Below are positions 20,901 through 32,902 of a DNA stretch of 59,632 nucleotides, in pieces. Under the pieces are notes generated by a model. The model had not been told where the DNA came from. It was given only the letters and a program-made list of their open reading frames with translations, and did not search any database. The stretch covers positions 686,784 to 746,415 of the forward strand of contig NW_004797445.1 of NCBI RefSeq assembly GCF_000002075.1, given 5' to 3'. The translations under genes and the position numbers were made by a program. The stretch's first letter is position 1; each line of letters opens with the position of its first letter. The stretch is from Aplysia californica (taxonomy: Eukaryota).

Positions 20901-23900
20901 GCGACTCAAGTGGCTGTTGGCTCAGTGAGTCATGATTTTTTTCGTAGTCTTCCCATTCTTCTGCTGTCGGTCGACTGTTCAGGCTTTGAGAGGAGTCAAT
21001 TCAATGCAACAGTCTGTCTCATCAGAGTCTTTCGTTGTGCCCAACAGCTTTATATGCAGTACAGATTTTCTCCACCTTTAGATCAGATCTGGTTCCTCTG
21101 GAATGTGCACTGCAGGCTGTTCTGATGTACATGAACTGGAGTTCGGTCTTATTGATTACATGTATGTGGGTTGTTGGTGGGTGCTCAGGTGTGGTTTGCT
21201 CATTCTTCCCTATCCAACATCAGTTGTCCTTATCTCTCCCCCTTCTTTTTTGTTTGTTATCCTCTTATAACATCTCTAATCTTCCGCACTTATATGATTT
21301 TATTGTGTTGCAAGTTCTGTAAAACACTTACTAAAACGAGAACTGATTACCATATATAGCCTCTAAAAGTTGTTTTTGTTTTTTCCTTTCGATATGTTAC
21401 TCTGTGGTGATTTTTTAGAGCAGGGATTAAGGGCATGGGGATCTCTGAGGATGCAACCCATTTAGTTGATGGAATAGCTCACATGAATGTCTTTGCTCCT
21501 GTATACCTCATAGTACATGTGCAGTGTTTATCTTGGTAAATCCTATCTGTTTTATCTCTTACGACCTACCTTTTTCAGTGTGCTAATTCTGCCAGGCAAA
21601 ACTTGACTTTCAGTATGACCTAATTGTGTGTATTAAAACACTAATCCTATGGGAAAACAAAGTGAAACAACAGACCTGTAGTCACCATTTTGTCTGTACT
21701 TTTTTGTGTCATGTAGATGAAAATTCGAAAAATGTTTTGTTGTAACTGTTGTTGGTTTTTTTTTACAGAAAACCAGGATCCACATTTATGAGCTCAGCAA
21801 CGGGACACTGACTGAAATCAGGTCAGAAGCGGCTCAAGAGGTTGCTGCTCTATCATATTCCCCAGATGGTGCTTACTTGGCCGTTGGCTCAAAGGGAAAA
21901 GTCATGATGTTTGATGTACAGGATTGGCAAGTAAGTAGTGATTCTATAAAAGGGCTTCCACTTGTCAGACAAAATTCTCAGGCTGTTTCTAATTCTCCAG
22001 GTGTCATTTGTGGATGCGATCCATTATAATAAATAGAAGTCCCTCCCTGTGGTATCATGGCTGGTCTGGTTGGCTGTAAATAAGCTGCTATTTCAGATCT
22101 GTTCAACCACTTTTACTACTAAAGAGTTCTACTTCATCTGAGGCTATGAAATGAATGCAAAAGCGTTTTGTTTGCAGTAAAGGACGAAGTTTTATAATTG
22201 TCTCAAGTATTTCTCAGCAATTTTATTTCCTTTTTCTTTGTACTTCAGAGAAATATTGGTAAGTATGCTGTATGAATGCTGCATTGGGAGTGTTTATTGC
22301 ATGGATTACTTTCTTTTGAAGCTGATGTTACATCAAGTTTACAGGTCTTGCCAACCCTTCAGCCTTTCAGAGAATGTGTGGTTATATTACGCTTGGATTT
22401 TCAGAGTTTTTATTACCCAATACAGAAGCACACAAAGTNNNNNNNNNNNNNNNNNNNNNNNNNNNNNNNNNNNNNNNNNNNNNNNNNNNNNNNNNNNNNN
22501 NNNNNNNNNNNNNNNNNNNNNNNNNNNNNNNNNNNNNNNNNNNNNNNNNNNNNNNNNNNNNNNNNNNNNNNNNNNNNNNNNNNNNNNNNNNNNNNNNNNN
22601 NNNNNNNNNNNNNNNNNNNNTCATAAACAATCAGCGATGCCGACAGCACACAGGAACTTTAGTCGCCTGGGGGTCCTTGAAAAGTGCTGAAAGTGGGTTA
22701 CTGAAATGTCCGTGCAGACGAGTTCTGGCACGATAGTTGGCGGGACACTGTTTTCACTAAGATTTGGAGGGTTCACTAGTCTGCAGCTCAGCTCTTGGCA
22801 ATTCATTCTGTAAATAGTTCTGTGTTTTGAAGAAGCTTCCAACTTGAGTTTACTTCTTTTCGTTGATTTTGAAGGCCCACGTGTCTGGAAATGTTGAACA
22901 AACAAATCTTTCATTTCTGTACCTCGAGGTCGTTGGTTCCGTGCTTCCCTCATATTACTTTATCCTGTGTGTTGTAATGAGCAGTTGTCTGTGAACTTAG
23001 AGAAAGTAAAAAAAATATTTTGGCTGCTTCTTGTCTTTGTCATCAAGCAGTGTTTTTCTGTCATGCATTCTCTACCTCCATAGTTCCAATATTGTGTTAC
23101 CGGTACTGTGTGTTTCTTTGGTAGTAAAATAAAAATTAGTACAGAGTTTTCCCAACTTTGTACAACTCTCTTCAAGGTATTCCCATTCTAGTTCTGTGCT
23201 TATTTCATTTTTAGGTTGTTGTTTTTTTCCTGTTTGCTGATTTGGCAAAACGTGTTAGAATTTATGACAATGTCAGCACTGAATGAAAATACCCAGTTTC
23301 TCTCTGTTGTCATTGTGACAGGTTGCCTCTGTTGTCTTTTTTAACAAAAATATGAATACATCAGTCAAGAGGACAAATTTGTCTAAGAAGAGCCTGAACA
23401 CAATAAATGTTTTTAATATTGCTGAGGGACAAAGTAAGACCACATGAAATTGACAGATGGATAGTTATTGGTTGGTGGGTGCTCTAGTGTGGTTTGCTCC
23501 TTCTTTCCTATCAAGCATCTATCGTCTTGATCTCTCCTCCTTTTATTTTGTGTTTGTTACTCTCTTGTAACACCTTTAATTTTCGGGACTTATATGACCT
23601 TATTCTGTTGCAAGTGCCGTAAAACTCTTACTCAAACTAAAACTAAACGGATAGACGTGAAGTACTTGTAGTGCCTACTGCTGGTTTTGTCTAACTGCCA
23701 GATCAGGTGTGTCAGCCTGTCATGTCACTGACGTTTATCTGACTTCGTTTACCGTTCCTCAGGAATCCATTGGTGGCTGGGGAGAACAACACACTGCTAA
23801 AGTGACCAGTGTCCAGTGGTCCCCAGACTCAAGGCGATTTGCCTCCGGCAGTGTGGACTCGCACATCATTATTTGGGAGCAGGGCAAATTTGTTGGCAAG

Positions 23901-24639
23901 AAACCATCTGTCAAAGGTTGGCAATTTATTGTGTTCATGTCATGTGTTGGGCTGAAAGATTGGATATTTGGAGCTTGTAGAAAATTTAAAAGAAAAAAGT
24001 ATTCAGCTCCAATTGAGGACTGTTATTTTGTCCTCTCATTGTACGTGAATGTATGTCTGCTGTAGCTGTGGCATTCAAAGGTTACTATCGTGGGACTGTG
24101 GACTAAAAATTTACTTTGGACCTAAGTTTAATTAATGTACACAGTACGTACTGCCTAGGTGTTTCTGCATTTTCAAATTTGCTTACTTATCATGTGCCAT
24201 CATATAATTTGACTATCTCACTCATCCAGTAGAATCAAATGAAATTCCTGCCTCTCTACAAATACTACATCTGTTTTTAATCAGGCTGCAATATCAAACT
24301 TGTAGTAAGACCGGAATGCCTTTTAAAAAATTGGATAAGTTATAATAATCATTTTAGCAGTTTTCAGATCTAATTTGTATGTTTGACTTTGTGTCAGAAA
24401 GTTATGAACATGTGTCTTTGCTGCTATCATGGTGTGACTTTGTGTCAGAAAGTTATGAACATGTGTCTTTGCTGCTATCATGGTGTCTTCCCGTACCCAA
24501 AACTCACTGATGTGTTGTTGTTTTTTCTTACTCAGCTCACCCACTCAGCCACATCAACAGGCTTTCCTGGTTGGACAACAATACCATCGTCACTGCCGGA
24601 CAGGACTCCAACCTTAAAATCTGGCAGGTCTCAGATTAA
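5949..24639 (+). CDS. WDR1: WD repeat-containing protein 1 / actin-interacting protein 1 (AIP1); 16 coding exons, 599 aa
   Basis: Exons 5949-5967, 10558-10679, 11150-11240, 11683-11830, 12940-13120, 13589-13666, 14261-14341, 15471-15562, 16498-16639, 17699-17780, 18491-18644, 19870-19951, 20817-20924, 21769-21930, 23763-23916, 24536-24639 sum to 1800 nt in frame. Protein [38 protein letters not shown]...[23 protein letters not shown]...YEGPPFKF...[13 protein letters not shown] carries AIP1/WDR1 hallmark motifs. Confidence 0.97.
6703..7483. mobile_element. Non-autonomous DNA element, copy 1 (MULE/foldback-like), with CTATTCTCACCC-N-GGGTGAGAATAG palindromes at both ends
   Basis: Highly similar second copy at 54893-55659; GG...CC termini; flanks aacaaatttat / aacaaatatac look like a decayed ~9-11 bp TSD; internal ~185-bp imperfect direct repeat. 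Confidence 0.75.
7590..8208. mobile_element. MITE with ~85-bp terminal inverted repeats
   Basis: atacagacacggtaacc...acaaagtcacaaagtatacagacccggtag...ttttgtgattt...gtttcagc is mirrored by gctgaaac...aatcacaaaa...ctaccgggtctgtatactt...gactttgt...gttacc...gtctgtat. Confidence 0.8.
8499..8699. repeat. ~100-bp tandem duplication (cctgaacccggattggtccacagtgcggaaatt...aaactctttttatcctg)
   Basis: Two adjacent near-identical units. Confidence 0.85.
10558..10679 (+). CDS. WDR1: WDR1 exon 2
   Basis: [13 protein letters not shown]...NNVFIRNIN; tttacag / gtaagt. Confidence 0.95.
11150..11240 (+). CDS. WDR1: WDR1 exon 3
   Basis: [11 protein letters not shown]...[13 protein letters not shown]; donor gtattc. 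Confidence 0.95.
11683..11830 (+). CDS. WDR1: WDR1 exon 4
   Basis: [19 protein letters not shown]...IVGGEGRE. Confidence 0.95.
12630..12900 (+). mobile_element. 5'-truncated Deu/Nin-like SINE
   Basis: ttctcggataagggcgaaaaatctgagaggtcacgtgtgcaagttgcg...aaagatcccatgg...atatgaccttatgcagttgc; reverse complement of the 3122-3340 copy. Confidence 0.75.
12940..13120 (+). CDS. WDR1: WDR1 exon 5
   Basis: [21 protein letters not shown]...[13 protein letters not shown]. Confidence 0.95.
13589..13666 (+). CDS. WDR1: WDR1 exon 6
   Basis: [26 protein letters not shown]. Confidence 0.95.
14261..14341 (+). CDS. WDR1: WDR1 exon 7
   Basis: [27 protein letters not shown]. Confidence 0.95.
15130..15212. mobile_element. 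Tc1/mariner-pogo-like MITE remnant; relatives at 16038-16314 and 18042-18210
   Basis: Shared end ...ttggacaggttc/ttcactg-TA and internal gtc(c/t)tagacaa / gtccaag motifs in three WDR1 introns. Confidence 0.55.
15471..15562 (+). CDS. WDR1: WDR1 exon 8
   Basis: [30 protein letters not shown]. Confidence 0.95.
16498..16639 (+). CDS. WDR1: WDR1 exon 9
   Basis: [19 protein letters not shown]...[10 protein letters not shown]...KKIIK. Confidence 0.95.
17699..17780 (+). CDS. WDR1: WDR1 exon 10
   Basis: [27 protein letters not shown]; donor gtatcctt. Confidence 0.95.
17781..18490 (+). other. U12-type (minor spliceosome) GT-AG intron, WDR1 intron 10
   Basis: 5' site GTATCCTT; branch-point-like TTCCTGAAC at 18472-18480, ending 8 nt before the AG; no long polypyrimidine tract. 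Confidence 0.8.
18296..18430. repeat. Three ~48-bp tandem units (atgtcaaaatt...cattttgc(c/a)atttctc)
   Basis: Directly visible inside WDR1 intron 10. Confidence 0.85.
18491..18644 (+). CDS. WDR1: WDR1 exon 11
   Basis: [22 protein letters not shown]...[10 protein letters not shown]...EY. Confidence 0.95.
19453..19747. mobile_element. MITE with TIR core CCGGTCAATATCAGTC
   Basis: Perfect 16-bp inverted pair 19470-19485 / 19715-19730 with imperfect outward extension. Confidence 0.7.
19870..19951 (+). CDS. WDR1: WDR1 exon 12
   Basis: [28 protein letters not shown]. Confidence 0.92.
20817..20924 (+). CDS. WDR1: WDR1 exon 13
   Basis: [36 protein letters not shown]. Confidence 0.92.
21160..21337 (+). 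mobile_element. SINE 3' fragment (family A'; shares the atatgac...gtaaaac tail)
   Basis: Homologous to 23465-23647 (+) and to 36440-36620, 39435-39605, 40040-40210 (-). Confidence 0.75.
21769..21930 (+). CDS. WDR1: WDR1 exon 14
   Basis: [14 protein letters not shown]...[13 protein letters not shown]...QDWQ. Confidence 0.93.
23465..23647 (+). mobile_element. SINE 3' fragment (family A')
   Basis: ggttggtgggtgctc...tatatgaccttattctgttgcaagtgccgtaaaactc...(aaact)n tail. Confidence 0.75.
23763..23916 (+). CDS. WDR1: WDR1 exon 15
   Basis: [38 protein letters not shown]... Confidence 0.95.
24384..24485. repeat. Perfect 51-bp tandem duplication
   Basis: tgactttgtgtcagaaagttatgaacatgtgtctttgctgctatcatggtg x2. 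Confidence 0.92.
24536..24639 (+). CDS. WDR1: WDR1 exon 16 (terminal, TAA)
   Basis: [34 protein letters not shown]. Confidence 0.93.
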
Positions 24640-27409
24640 ACTTGTTGTGCCTTATGCAGTGTAGGAACAAATGTGTCTTTCCAAATATATTTTTTTCAGT
24701 TAAATTTTAATATTATTTTATGTGAAATTGATTTACACATTTTCTTAAAGGATTCTGTAGTGAAGTTATTTCCACTTGAACTTAAACACCTCTAGCTACA
24801 CTGTCCATGACTGTTGCAAAGCACATATCTGTCAACGAAGCAGCTGTCTGTCTAGATGTGAGAGTGGAAAGAAATATGATGTTTACAAGATGATACTTCA
24901 GTCTGGTGTGTGTTGTTGATTGTGCAGTGTGCTGGCTGTGTCTGTAGGTTTCCTAGAAGCAGATGGAAGTGTCTTGTAATGTAACTTCTTCTTTTTGTTC
25001 CGCAAGAAATTGGTTTCTGTTGGAGTTTCTCCTGTACTAGGGGGATTTGAGCGTCGGAGGATTTTCATATTCCAGGAAATCATGTTACTTTTCCTTTTAT
25101 ATGGAGGGCCAATTGTACATGTGCCCACATAAAATTCCTTTCGACATTTGTTTTATATTTTGTTTAGAAATTGAGTTTTATTATTGAATGTTTGCGAGTG
25201 AGTAGTGTTGATTGTGATATAATAGCAAATCTGAAAACACAGCTTTATATTTTTGCACAATGCCAGTGGATGTTCTATGTTTCTGTTGTAAGGACATTAT
25301 GTAGATGGTAAAAAGCCCAGATTCTATTGTTGAAGAGGGCTGTGTTTCCAACACTGAAGTGTTTTAGTATGGTCTTTATTTATTTCTATTGTTACTAACA
25401 TACTGAGTTTGTGAAATATTGATTGACTGTGACTCTTACTAATTGATATTGGGTGGAGGAAGGTAAAGTAAAAACAATGGTGTAACCGTTCATGGAATAT
25501 ATTCCTAACAAACTGTTGATTGCTGTAAATTTATGCATAATGACCTATAACATTGGTCTTGTCTCTTTTTGGGGTTCTGAAGAAGAGTTTGTGTCAAAAA
25601 GCATATCAGCAGTGTTTAATTATAGACACTTTTCAGGTTTGCACAGCTTCTTATAAAAATTTGTCTTGAGGTGCAGTTTATGGAATTCCCAATATATTTT
25701 GTTATAGTATCATAGCTGGAGAGAAACTGATTTATGTATCGAAAATGAGTATTTTTCCAATGCATGGATTTTCCATAAGAACTTAGGTCTTCGATTTAGT
25801 GGAATCCGGTTTTTTTCCTCGTCAACGAGTTATACTCTTTGCTGAACACTTGAGGCTATGGCATGCCTCATAGGGTTAAGAATTTGTGAGCTGCATATGT
25901 GTACACCACTGTTCTTATCAAATGCATAATTAGTTCATTCTGGAAAAAAAAAATTAGACCTGTTGATGTAGAACTGAAATCCATATATTGGCATGAATTG
26001 ATTATCCATCATATATATGGAAGCCATCAAATTTTAAGGTGCACAATTCAGTGAAATAAGGATGGAGATTTATTGCACAGCCTCAAGTGACCTCATGACA
26101 GTCTGCGCTTTCGCCTCAACACTTTCACGGTATGCTTTGGTGCTGTTCCTGGGATATTCACTGTATTTAATGGAATACTTTGAGATGAGAATTATGAGCA
26201 TTAAAGGAATAGCTTATATTTAATGCTTTCAATTTCCTCTTCACCTCTTTGAATATGTGAGAGAAACCTGATGTGATGTCTCCAGAACTTTTTACAACTG
26301 CTCTTTTATGACTCTGCAACATTTAATCTCTTATGCAATATAATTTTTATTATTCATGAAGTATAGGATGAATTTGTTTGTTTATATTATATTGTCAATT
26401 TAGTGGGTGTTATGAAAACGATTTATCATGTTAGTAAAGCACATTGAAGTGGCATGTCAGCATATTTGTTGGATTTGGAAATGACCTTATGAAAATGTAG
26501 TGCATTCAGAAAGATAATGTAACTGTTTTACTGTCTTAGGGTCTCCCAGTCTTAACTTCTTAGGGCTGCCACTTCAGTACCACATTGTTTGTGAACTTAA
26601 GTCAACAATTATGCAAATTATGCTGTCTGTGGTCTTTTTTTATTATCCTTTGCCCATTGATATGAGATTGACGCCATCTGATTAGTAGAAAAAAGTGTGT
26701 ATGAAAGTGTCCAATAGTGTATTCTGTGCATATTAAGTATAACAAGTGACTGTAATAGCAGATAGAGATTCCAGGATTATAGATATCAGTTATTGATCTG
26801 AGAAAGATGATGATTTTAGATATGATGGTGGTGATGAGTGATGATGTGGGATTGCGTTTAAGTAATGTTAGCATTAGTCCTATCTCCCTCTACTCCAATG
26901 AGTCACTAGGGACGTGGGCACCCTCTATCCAGTTCCCTACTGGAACCATCTTTACGGTCACCGTGAAGTCTGTCTGTGGTCTTGAGTACCGGTATAGTCA
27001 ACAATGTTTGGCTGAACAGTGAAATTTTTCTGAGAAGTTAATGTAGGGATCCATGCTTTTTATCCGTAATTTCTTTTGTTTCAAGGGGAAAAAATCATTT
27101 TCTCGATTGTGCCTCTTTTTGCTTCAGGGGTATATATGAAGCAGAAATGTTTGACCAGTGGTATTTAAGATTGTTGGCAGGATCAGTTGTTTTGCTTTCC
27201 TTCCTTCTGCTTTGGTTCAAGTCGATTTGCAAAGAAAAATTACGTCCTCATATATAATATACACACAAACAAATAATTTTCGGCTGCTACAAAGAAAAAA
27301 TGTACTTTGGCATGGATAAGGAGAGACTATGGATTGGAGATATATATTTGCATGTTGATGTATCTTTCTGAAATTGTAAAATCTGTGCAATGCATTGTTG
27401 CTGTATTGA

Positions 27410-27415
27410 AATAAA
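27410..27415 (+). terminator. Probable WDR1 polyadenylation signal (3' UTR ~2.8 kb)
   Basis: AATAAA followed by a T-rich downstream element, where the TG-rich UTR-like sequence gives way to repeats. Confidence 0.55.
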
Positions 27416-27706
27416 AGGCTTACTTCTAAATTTCCTGCGTTTCTCTTCAGTGGCTTACATTTTTTTTTTTTTGGTGAAATTAATTAGTGTGGCAAGATCA
27501 GTATAGCTTTATATTTTGCACATTTTAAGGTTCACACTCTATTTTTTTCAGCATGAAAGTCAAAAGGACAAAGTGAAGAAGGCAGGCAACATGCAAAGTA
27601 GCTGTGAAAGGTCTTTGGGGTTTTTTAAAGTGTTTCACGGTTCTTGCAACTGCATAAGGTCATATGAGCGCATGGGACACATTAAACATTTTTAGTTTGG
27701 AAAGGA

Positions 27707-28622
27707 TTAACCCTTCAAAAGGCGAATTAATTTGCACTGTCCAGTCCCCAAGTGGCGAATTGATTTTTGAGAACATGAAAATAAGGGTGGGTAATGAAAA
27801 ATACTTATCACTTTAATTTTTTAGATAGAAATATGAACCAAACAATGAACTGGAAATTAAGTGAAGAAAAAACTAGATAAAAATTTGCAAAACAATACCT
27901 TGTCATACATAGATTTGTTTGTTTGTCAGAGGAATTTGCATCTGTGATGTTCCTGACGTTGAGGTGTCAAATTTCTCATAGCCTTAGCGCGAGTAATAAT
28001 AATAATAGATAGCATTTGTATAGCACAAATCTCCGCTCAACAGCAAGCTCTATGCGCTTCACAATCTATACTATTACCCCAGCCGACCTGAGAGCATTCT
28101 GAAACAACCTCAACTTTCTGGGAAGCATACAATGCAAGCAGCCATTTATAGGCGCTAAAACACTAACATACAGTCAAGATCTTTCGCTCTCCTTGGCCAG
28201 GTACTCATTCCCACCTGGGTGAAGTGAGGAAAATTCAAAATGCCTTTCCCAAGGACACAACATCTGGCCCGCGGCTTGAACCTCCGAACCCGCAACCTCA
28301 CGATTACAAGTCTGGTAGCCTAACCACTTGGCCACCAACGCCACTGATACAGTTCAAAGCAGCCAGGGACACAGAGGACTATACCTACCACACACTTTTT
28401 GCATTGAAATGTAGTCTGTTTCCTCTTGAATCACTACTATCCCAGTAAAATGCGTTGAACAGGTTGCAATGCAAACATTCATATTTGCAGCCATTTCCGA
28501 TTTAAATACTGCCTTTGTGACTGATGTAAAAAAAATTCTTCGACTACGTTTTCTATTCCAATTCTGGGTCTAGTTTCTTGGGGCAGGAAAGGCTAGGAAA
28601 ATGTTCCTTGAAGAGAGTTTAA
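27707..28622. mobile_element. TTAA-flanked (piggyBac-like) non-autonomous element
   Basis: TTAAcccttcaaaagg ... ccttgaagagagtTTAA, imperfect TIR with TTAA at both ends. Confidence 0.5.
27994..28343 (-). mobile_element. Full-length tRNA-derived SINE with CORE-like centre and L2-like (TAT)n tail
   Basis: Minus strand: A box TGGCCAAGTGG, B-box-like GGTTCAAGCC, TGTGTCCTTGGGAAAGGCA, tail GCGCATAGAGC...GCTATACAAATGC(TAT)n; tail fragments also at 34042-34118 and ~44610-44685. Confidence 0.75.
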
Positions 28623-29077
28623 CTTAGTTTAAACAATTTCCTGTGGCTCTGTACATAAAATCAGGTCTCAAGTACGTGCACAACTTGCAGAAAAGGGACC
28701 TCCAATATTTTTCGCCATTTTTCCGAGAAGGCTAGGTGTTGGATCTTACCTATCATAAGATCAGGGGCGTGGCTAAAAGACAGCAGTAAGAAGGAACAAA
28801 GGAGTAGCAGTAATAAGGCTGCAGAAAGAGAGGAGCCCAGAGGAGGGGAGAGTGAGTAGGGGCAGAAATTGGAGACAATAGGCGACAGAACACGGTTAGA
28901 AAGCAGGGAAGGAGGAAAAAGGAGAACATTTTAGAGCAGAAAATTCTCCGAGTCAGGTTTCGAACCCGAGACCTATTGAATGAGAGGCAAACATCTTTAC
29001 CTGTAGACCACAAGAGCCCCAGCTATGGAACGTGTTGAAGGCAGCAAAAGCACAAGTCCTGCATATAATCAGTACTT

Positions 29078-29127
29078 TTTATTATTTCCCATTATTCACA
29101 AAAACAAAACATATCATTTCCTTTATT
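29078..29127 (-). terminator. Probable CLINT1 polyadenylation signals (3' UTR ~3.7 kb)
   Basis: TTTATT at 29078-29083 and 29122-29127 (AATAAA on minus) at the edge of UTR-like sequence. Confidence 0.5.
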
Positions 29128-32100
29128 AATTTATAAGATATGCACAGCCCATCAATAAATATTTCTTTTTAAAATCTGTCACTTTGTACGCAAACCAAGG
29201 GAGATGGGTAAAGGAAATAAAGGTTCAAAAGGTACTGATTGACCAAAGCCATATAGACATCATTCACACATATTCTGAGCTCTGACTATATGCTAGCAAT
29301 CTGCATGCATAATATTGCAAGATTAGCCCCAATGCAGCATTAACCAGAATAGAGTACAGGGTATCTATTTAAGATAGTACTAAAATCTTTATTGACAGTG
29401 CACACACAATCCTGTCTGCAGGCCCACAGTCTCTCATAGTCATACACAACAACAGGCACAATGCACAATGAAAAGGACTTCACAACATGAATACTGAGAT
29501 GTATCAAACATCAACTTGTTCAGACAATCTGTCTTAGATTACAAGAGCTTTGCATAATAGGAACACAGAAAAGAGTTATCAATCAAGTCATTATGACTTT
29601 GCATATCATGTGATCACTTTGTACAAATAATAATTTGCGTTTCAATTACATAATTATACAGAGTGTAGTCAAACTATGATAAGAACCAATCCCCATCAAC
29701 ATCAACAGAAACAGACAGCAGTGACTACTTGACAGCCAACAGAGATGTACAACAGATTTATAAAAAAAACATCACTGAACAGTCTCCTTCAAGAGAATTA
29801 TGCTGCAGAACAAACTTGTGAATCATGTGATAAATTTCATGTATCACATTTGTGTAATCAAAGAGTTGAAGCCAAACCCATCATTTGACAAACCACAATC
29901 TTTCACATATCAGCAAAATAGAATTTTCATACATAACAACAGAGCAGAGTATCTGCAAAGTGTAAAATAATACAACTTGCTCTTCCTCAGACAAACTCAT
30001 CATCTCGTTTTGAAAGTTGAAATGGTGGACAACTTACATTTACATGAACTGTTTTACTGAAGATGATAAAGAAGGCAGTGGTATAGCAAGTCTGTGGTTT
30101 GTTCAATTAAAGCTGTAGTCTGTAGTCCATAGCACATGATTGGTGAAAGGAGAATTTGTAGACATCCAAATGAATAAAATTTAAAACACACAGTACATTG
30201 CATTTGGTCCCGAACGAGAAAGAACCTGATGCCATTTACACACACTCAAGAAAATTGGTATAGAAGCTTCCAATATGACCATCTCAGACCTGCAAATGTG
30301 TTTGTTTACACACATAATCAAGCTCAAACTACTTCACAACTGGGGACAATGGTAAACATAACGTACATCCTAGCCTGCCAGCGTCTCCCCTCCCCCCCCC
30401 CCTTACACAACATCTAGGGTTGCAGTTCCGTCTCTCAGGAACAAAAAAACCCAGCTTGCTGTGATCATCGCAATGAACGAAGACCAGGAGATTTAAATGT
30501 TACTATCAGAGTGATCAGTTCATTCTATACAGTCAGACTGGCTGTCTAAAGCAAATCAGATCATCAGACTGCCTTCATTGTAATATAAGCACTCTAGGCC
30601 TACTCAACTGTAGGGGGTTAGTTCCACCCCTGCAGGCACAAAATGAACAACACTGCACCTGACAAAATACTCACTTGATTTCTCAAACTCATAAAAGACA
30701 AAACTAATAGGCATCAACTCTGTAAATACAGAACATATCAAATATAACTTTACCAAGTGATTTGGCGGTCAGACAAATGTGTGTACACTATAAAGTGAGC
30801 ATAAGAACAGCATAGGTCAAAACTCTAACGTAATAGTGATTCCAATAAGTAAAATACAGACCAAGATAGCACATCCTAAAACAAAGCTTGGCCCTTTCTC
30901 AGAAACCATCTGATGATATACAACACACAGTGGCATTGGCATCCGAGTCATCAACAATGAAAATCACAAAGAGCAGTATACAAACCATATGCAATAAAAT
31001 AAAACCAACAGACTAAAATAACAATCTATAAACTTGGCTAAGCATTGCTGTGGCAGTCTAAAGTCCTTCTAAACAGATTCCATCTAACCCAACAGTACTC
31101 AATGGTCAAAAAAACATAGTTAAGTATAAGACATGTACACAACCTGCTTCTCAACTAGAGCACTACAGGAACATACCCTTTGGGTGGACCGGGCTACTTC
31201 CACTCAGCACTGCCGGGCGCACACGGGCTACACAAATATTGCAGTGAATGGTCTCTAATCAAGAGACGAAGAGAAACTTGAAAAGATGTTTGTTTAGCTG
31301 CAGAGGACTCCATCAGGAAGCACAACAAAAAGAAGTAAGCACTAGCTCATGACACACATCAATTCTGAACGCCAGGACAGCACTGGGCAGTCAATGCGCA
31401 GTTCTGTCTTAGAATGTCCTACTATTTGTTTTTTGTAAGAGTTTTACTACACTTGCACTACATAAATATTATAATTTGTGATTGATTTCATATCTAGTGT
31501 AAGGTTGAACCTGAAAAGACCTAGTTGTCACAAAAAGAAATGCTCAATCTGGCATTAACAGTTCAAACAACTGTGCACTCTCCTTTACCACAGCATCTTA
31601 CTTGAAACTATAATTGCACAATGTAGAAAAGCTGAGCCTGTGTTGTTACAACGTCCACAAGAGTACTGGAAATATCCTCCTCTAGAAAAAGATTAGCATT
31701 TGGCTGTCTTACCATTCTTTTCCATGTATATATATATCCCTTCTCTATACTGAAGCAGCAATATTACTTCTGCAGCTAATGATGAAAAAGCTGGAAGCTA
31801 TTTAAAAAGACAAAGATTTAAAAAAGCAATCTCTGTGCCATTTAGTGAAGGTAAGGAAGTACAAACTGTAAGGTAAAGGCATCAGAGATCAACAGACGCT
31901 GCAGTGGACCATCCACACAGCACAGCCATTCAAATAGCAGACAAAGGATCACACTTCCCCCACAACCACAACAGACTACTGGAATGTGTCCACCATACAC
32001 TTAACAACTTCAGCCCCCAAAACGCAGGAAACAGAAACGCAAACAAGTCGTTCCACCTCATATTTGATCCGTGGTATACAGCCACAACACGCACATTTGC

Positions 32101-32756
32101 AATTATGATAAGCTTTGTACAAACTGGGAAGTATAGACATTGACAAGGAATAATGATATATTATACAAGGGGTGGTGATGGAAATCCTGAGAGGATGCGT
32201 ACGACTGAAACAACATTATAGTATAGATTACTTTCGATGGGAATCATTTCACCACAAGGTCCAGTTCTCAATCACAGGCTTTGTTCATGACTTGAAAAAA
32301 CACCATTATATCATAAGAATACATCTGAAGCATGAAAACCACAGTAGAAACCTTGAGGTGCGAGAGAGTGAAGCACTCATTCATACACATCATTTCAACC
32401 TGTAGTGTACACTAAATATCATTTTTGTACTCTTACACTACCAATAACTGACATTGCACAAAAAAAATCTATAAAAATTTTGATACAAGTGACAAATTTG
32501 ATTATCAGAATTATTTGTATACTCTAAATAAGAGCTTTTAAGTAAAGTCAGAAAAACAAGTCTGACAAGCAGAGAGTCTTTCTGTTTCATGTAAGTTACG
32601 AAAAGAACACAGGTCACAAGCTCATCTTTAAATAATCTGAGTGTTTGAAAATACAACTATTACAAATTCTATATATGTTTAAGAAAAAGAAAATTAACAA
32701 TATCAATTTTTTTCCCAATGTTATAATAAATGTGAAATTCTCAGTGGCCCTAGTAT

Positions 32757-32902
32757 TTATTGTTTTACATTGCCAAAAGTGGAGAACGCTGTGTCCGTCC
32801 GATGTTGAAAGGAGGCGTTGCCAGACATGTTTGAGCTCATGGACATCTGCATGCCCATTCCTTGTGGACCTCCCATCATATTGCCCTGGTTCATTCCCAT
32901 GC
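32757..32902 (-). CDS. CLINT1: CLINT1 exon 16 (terminal, TAA)
   Basis: GMGMNQGNMMGG...QHRTDTAFSTFGNVKQ*. Confidence 0.9.

Larger units (their letters stand above)
27625..29022 (-). mobile_element. tRNA(Glu)-like Deu/Nin-like SINE split by nested insertions (tail 27625-27706; body and head 28623-29022)
   Basis: Both parts are colinear with the 3122-3682 copy; head reads GTGGTCTACAGGTAAAGATGTTTGCCTCTCA...CGGGTTCGAAACC on the minus strand. Confidence 0.65.

Noticed and set aside
28945-29022. tRNA-like sequences here and at ~3600-3680 and ~28270-28343
   Set aside because: No complete cloverleaf; they run directly into SINE bodies, so they are SINE heads and not tRNA genes.
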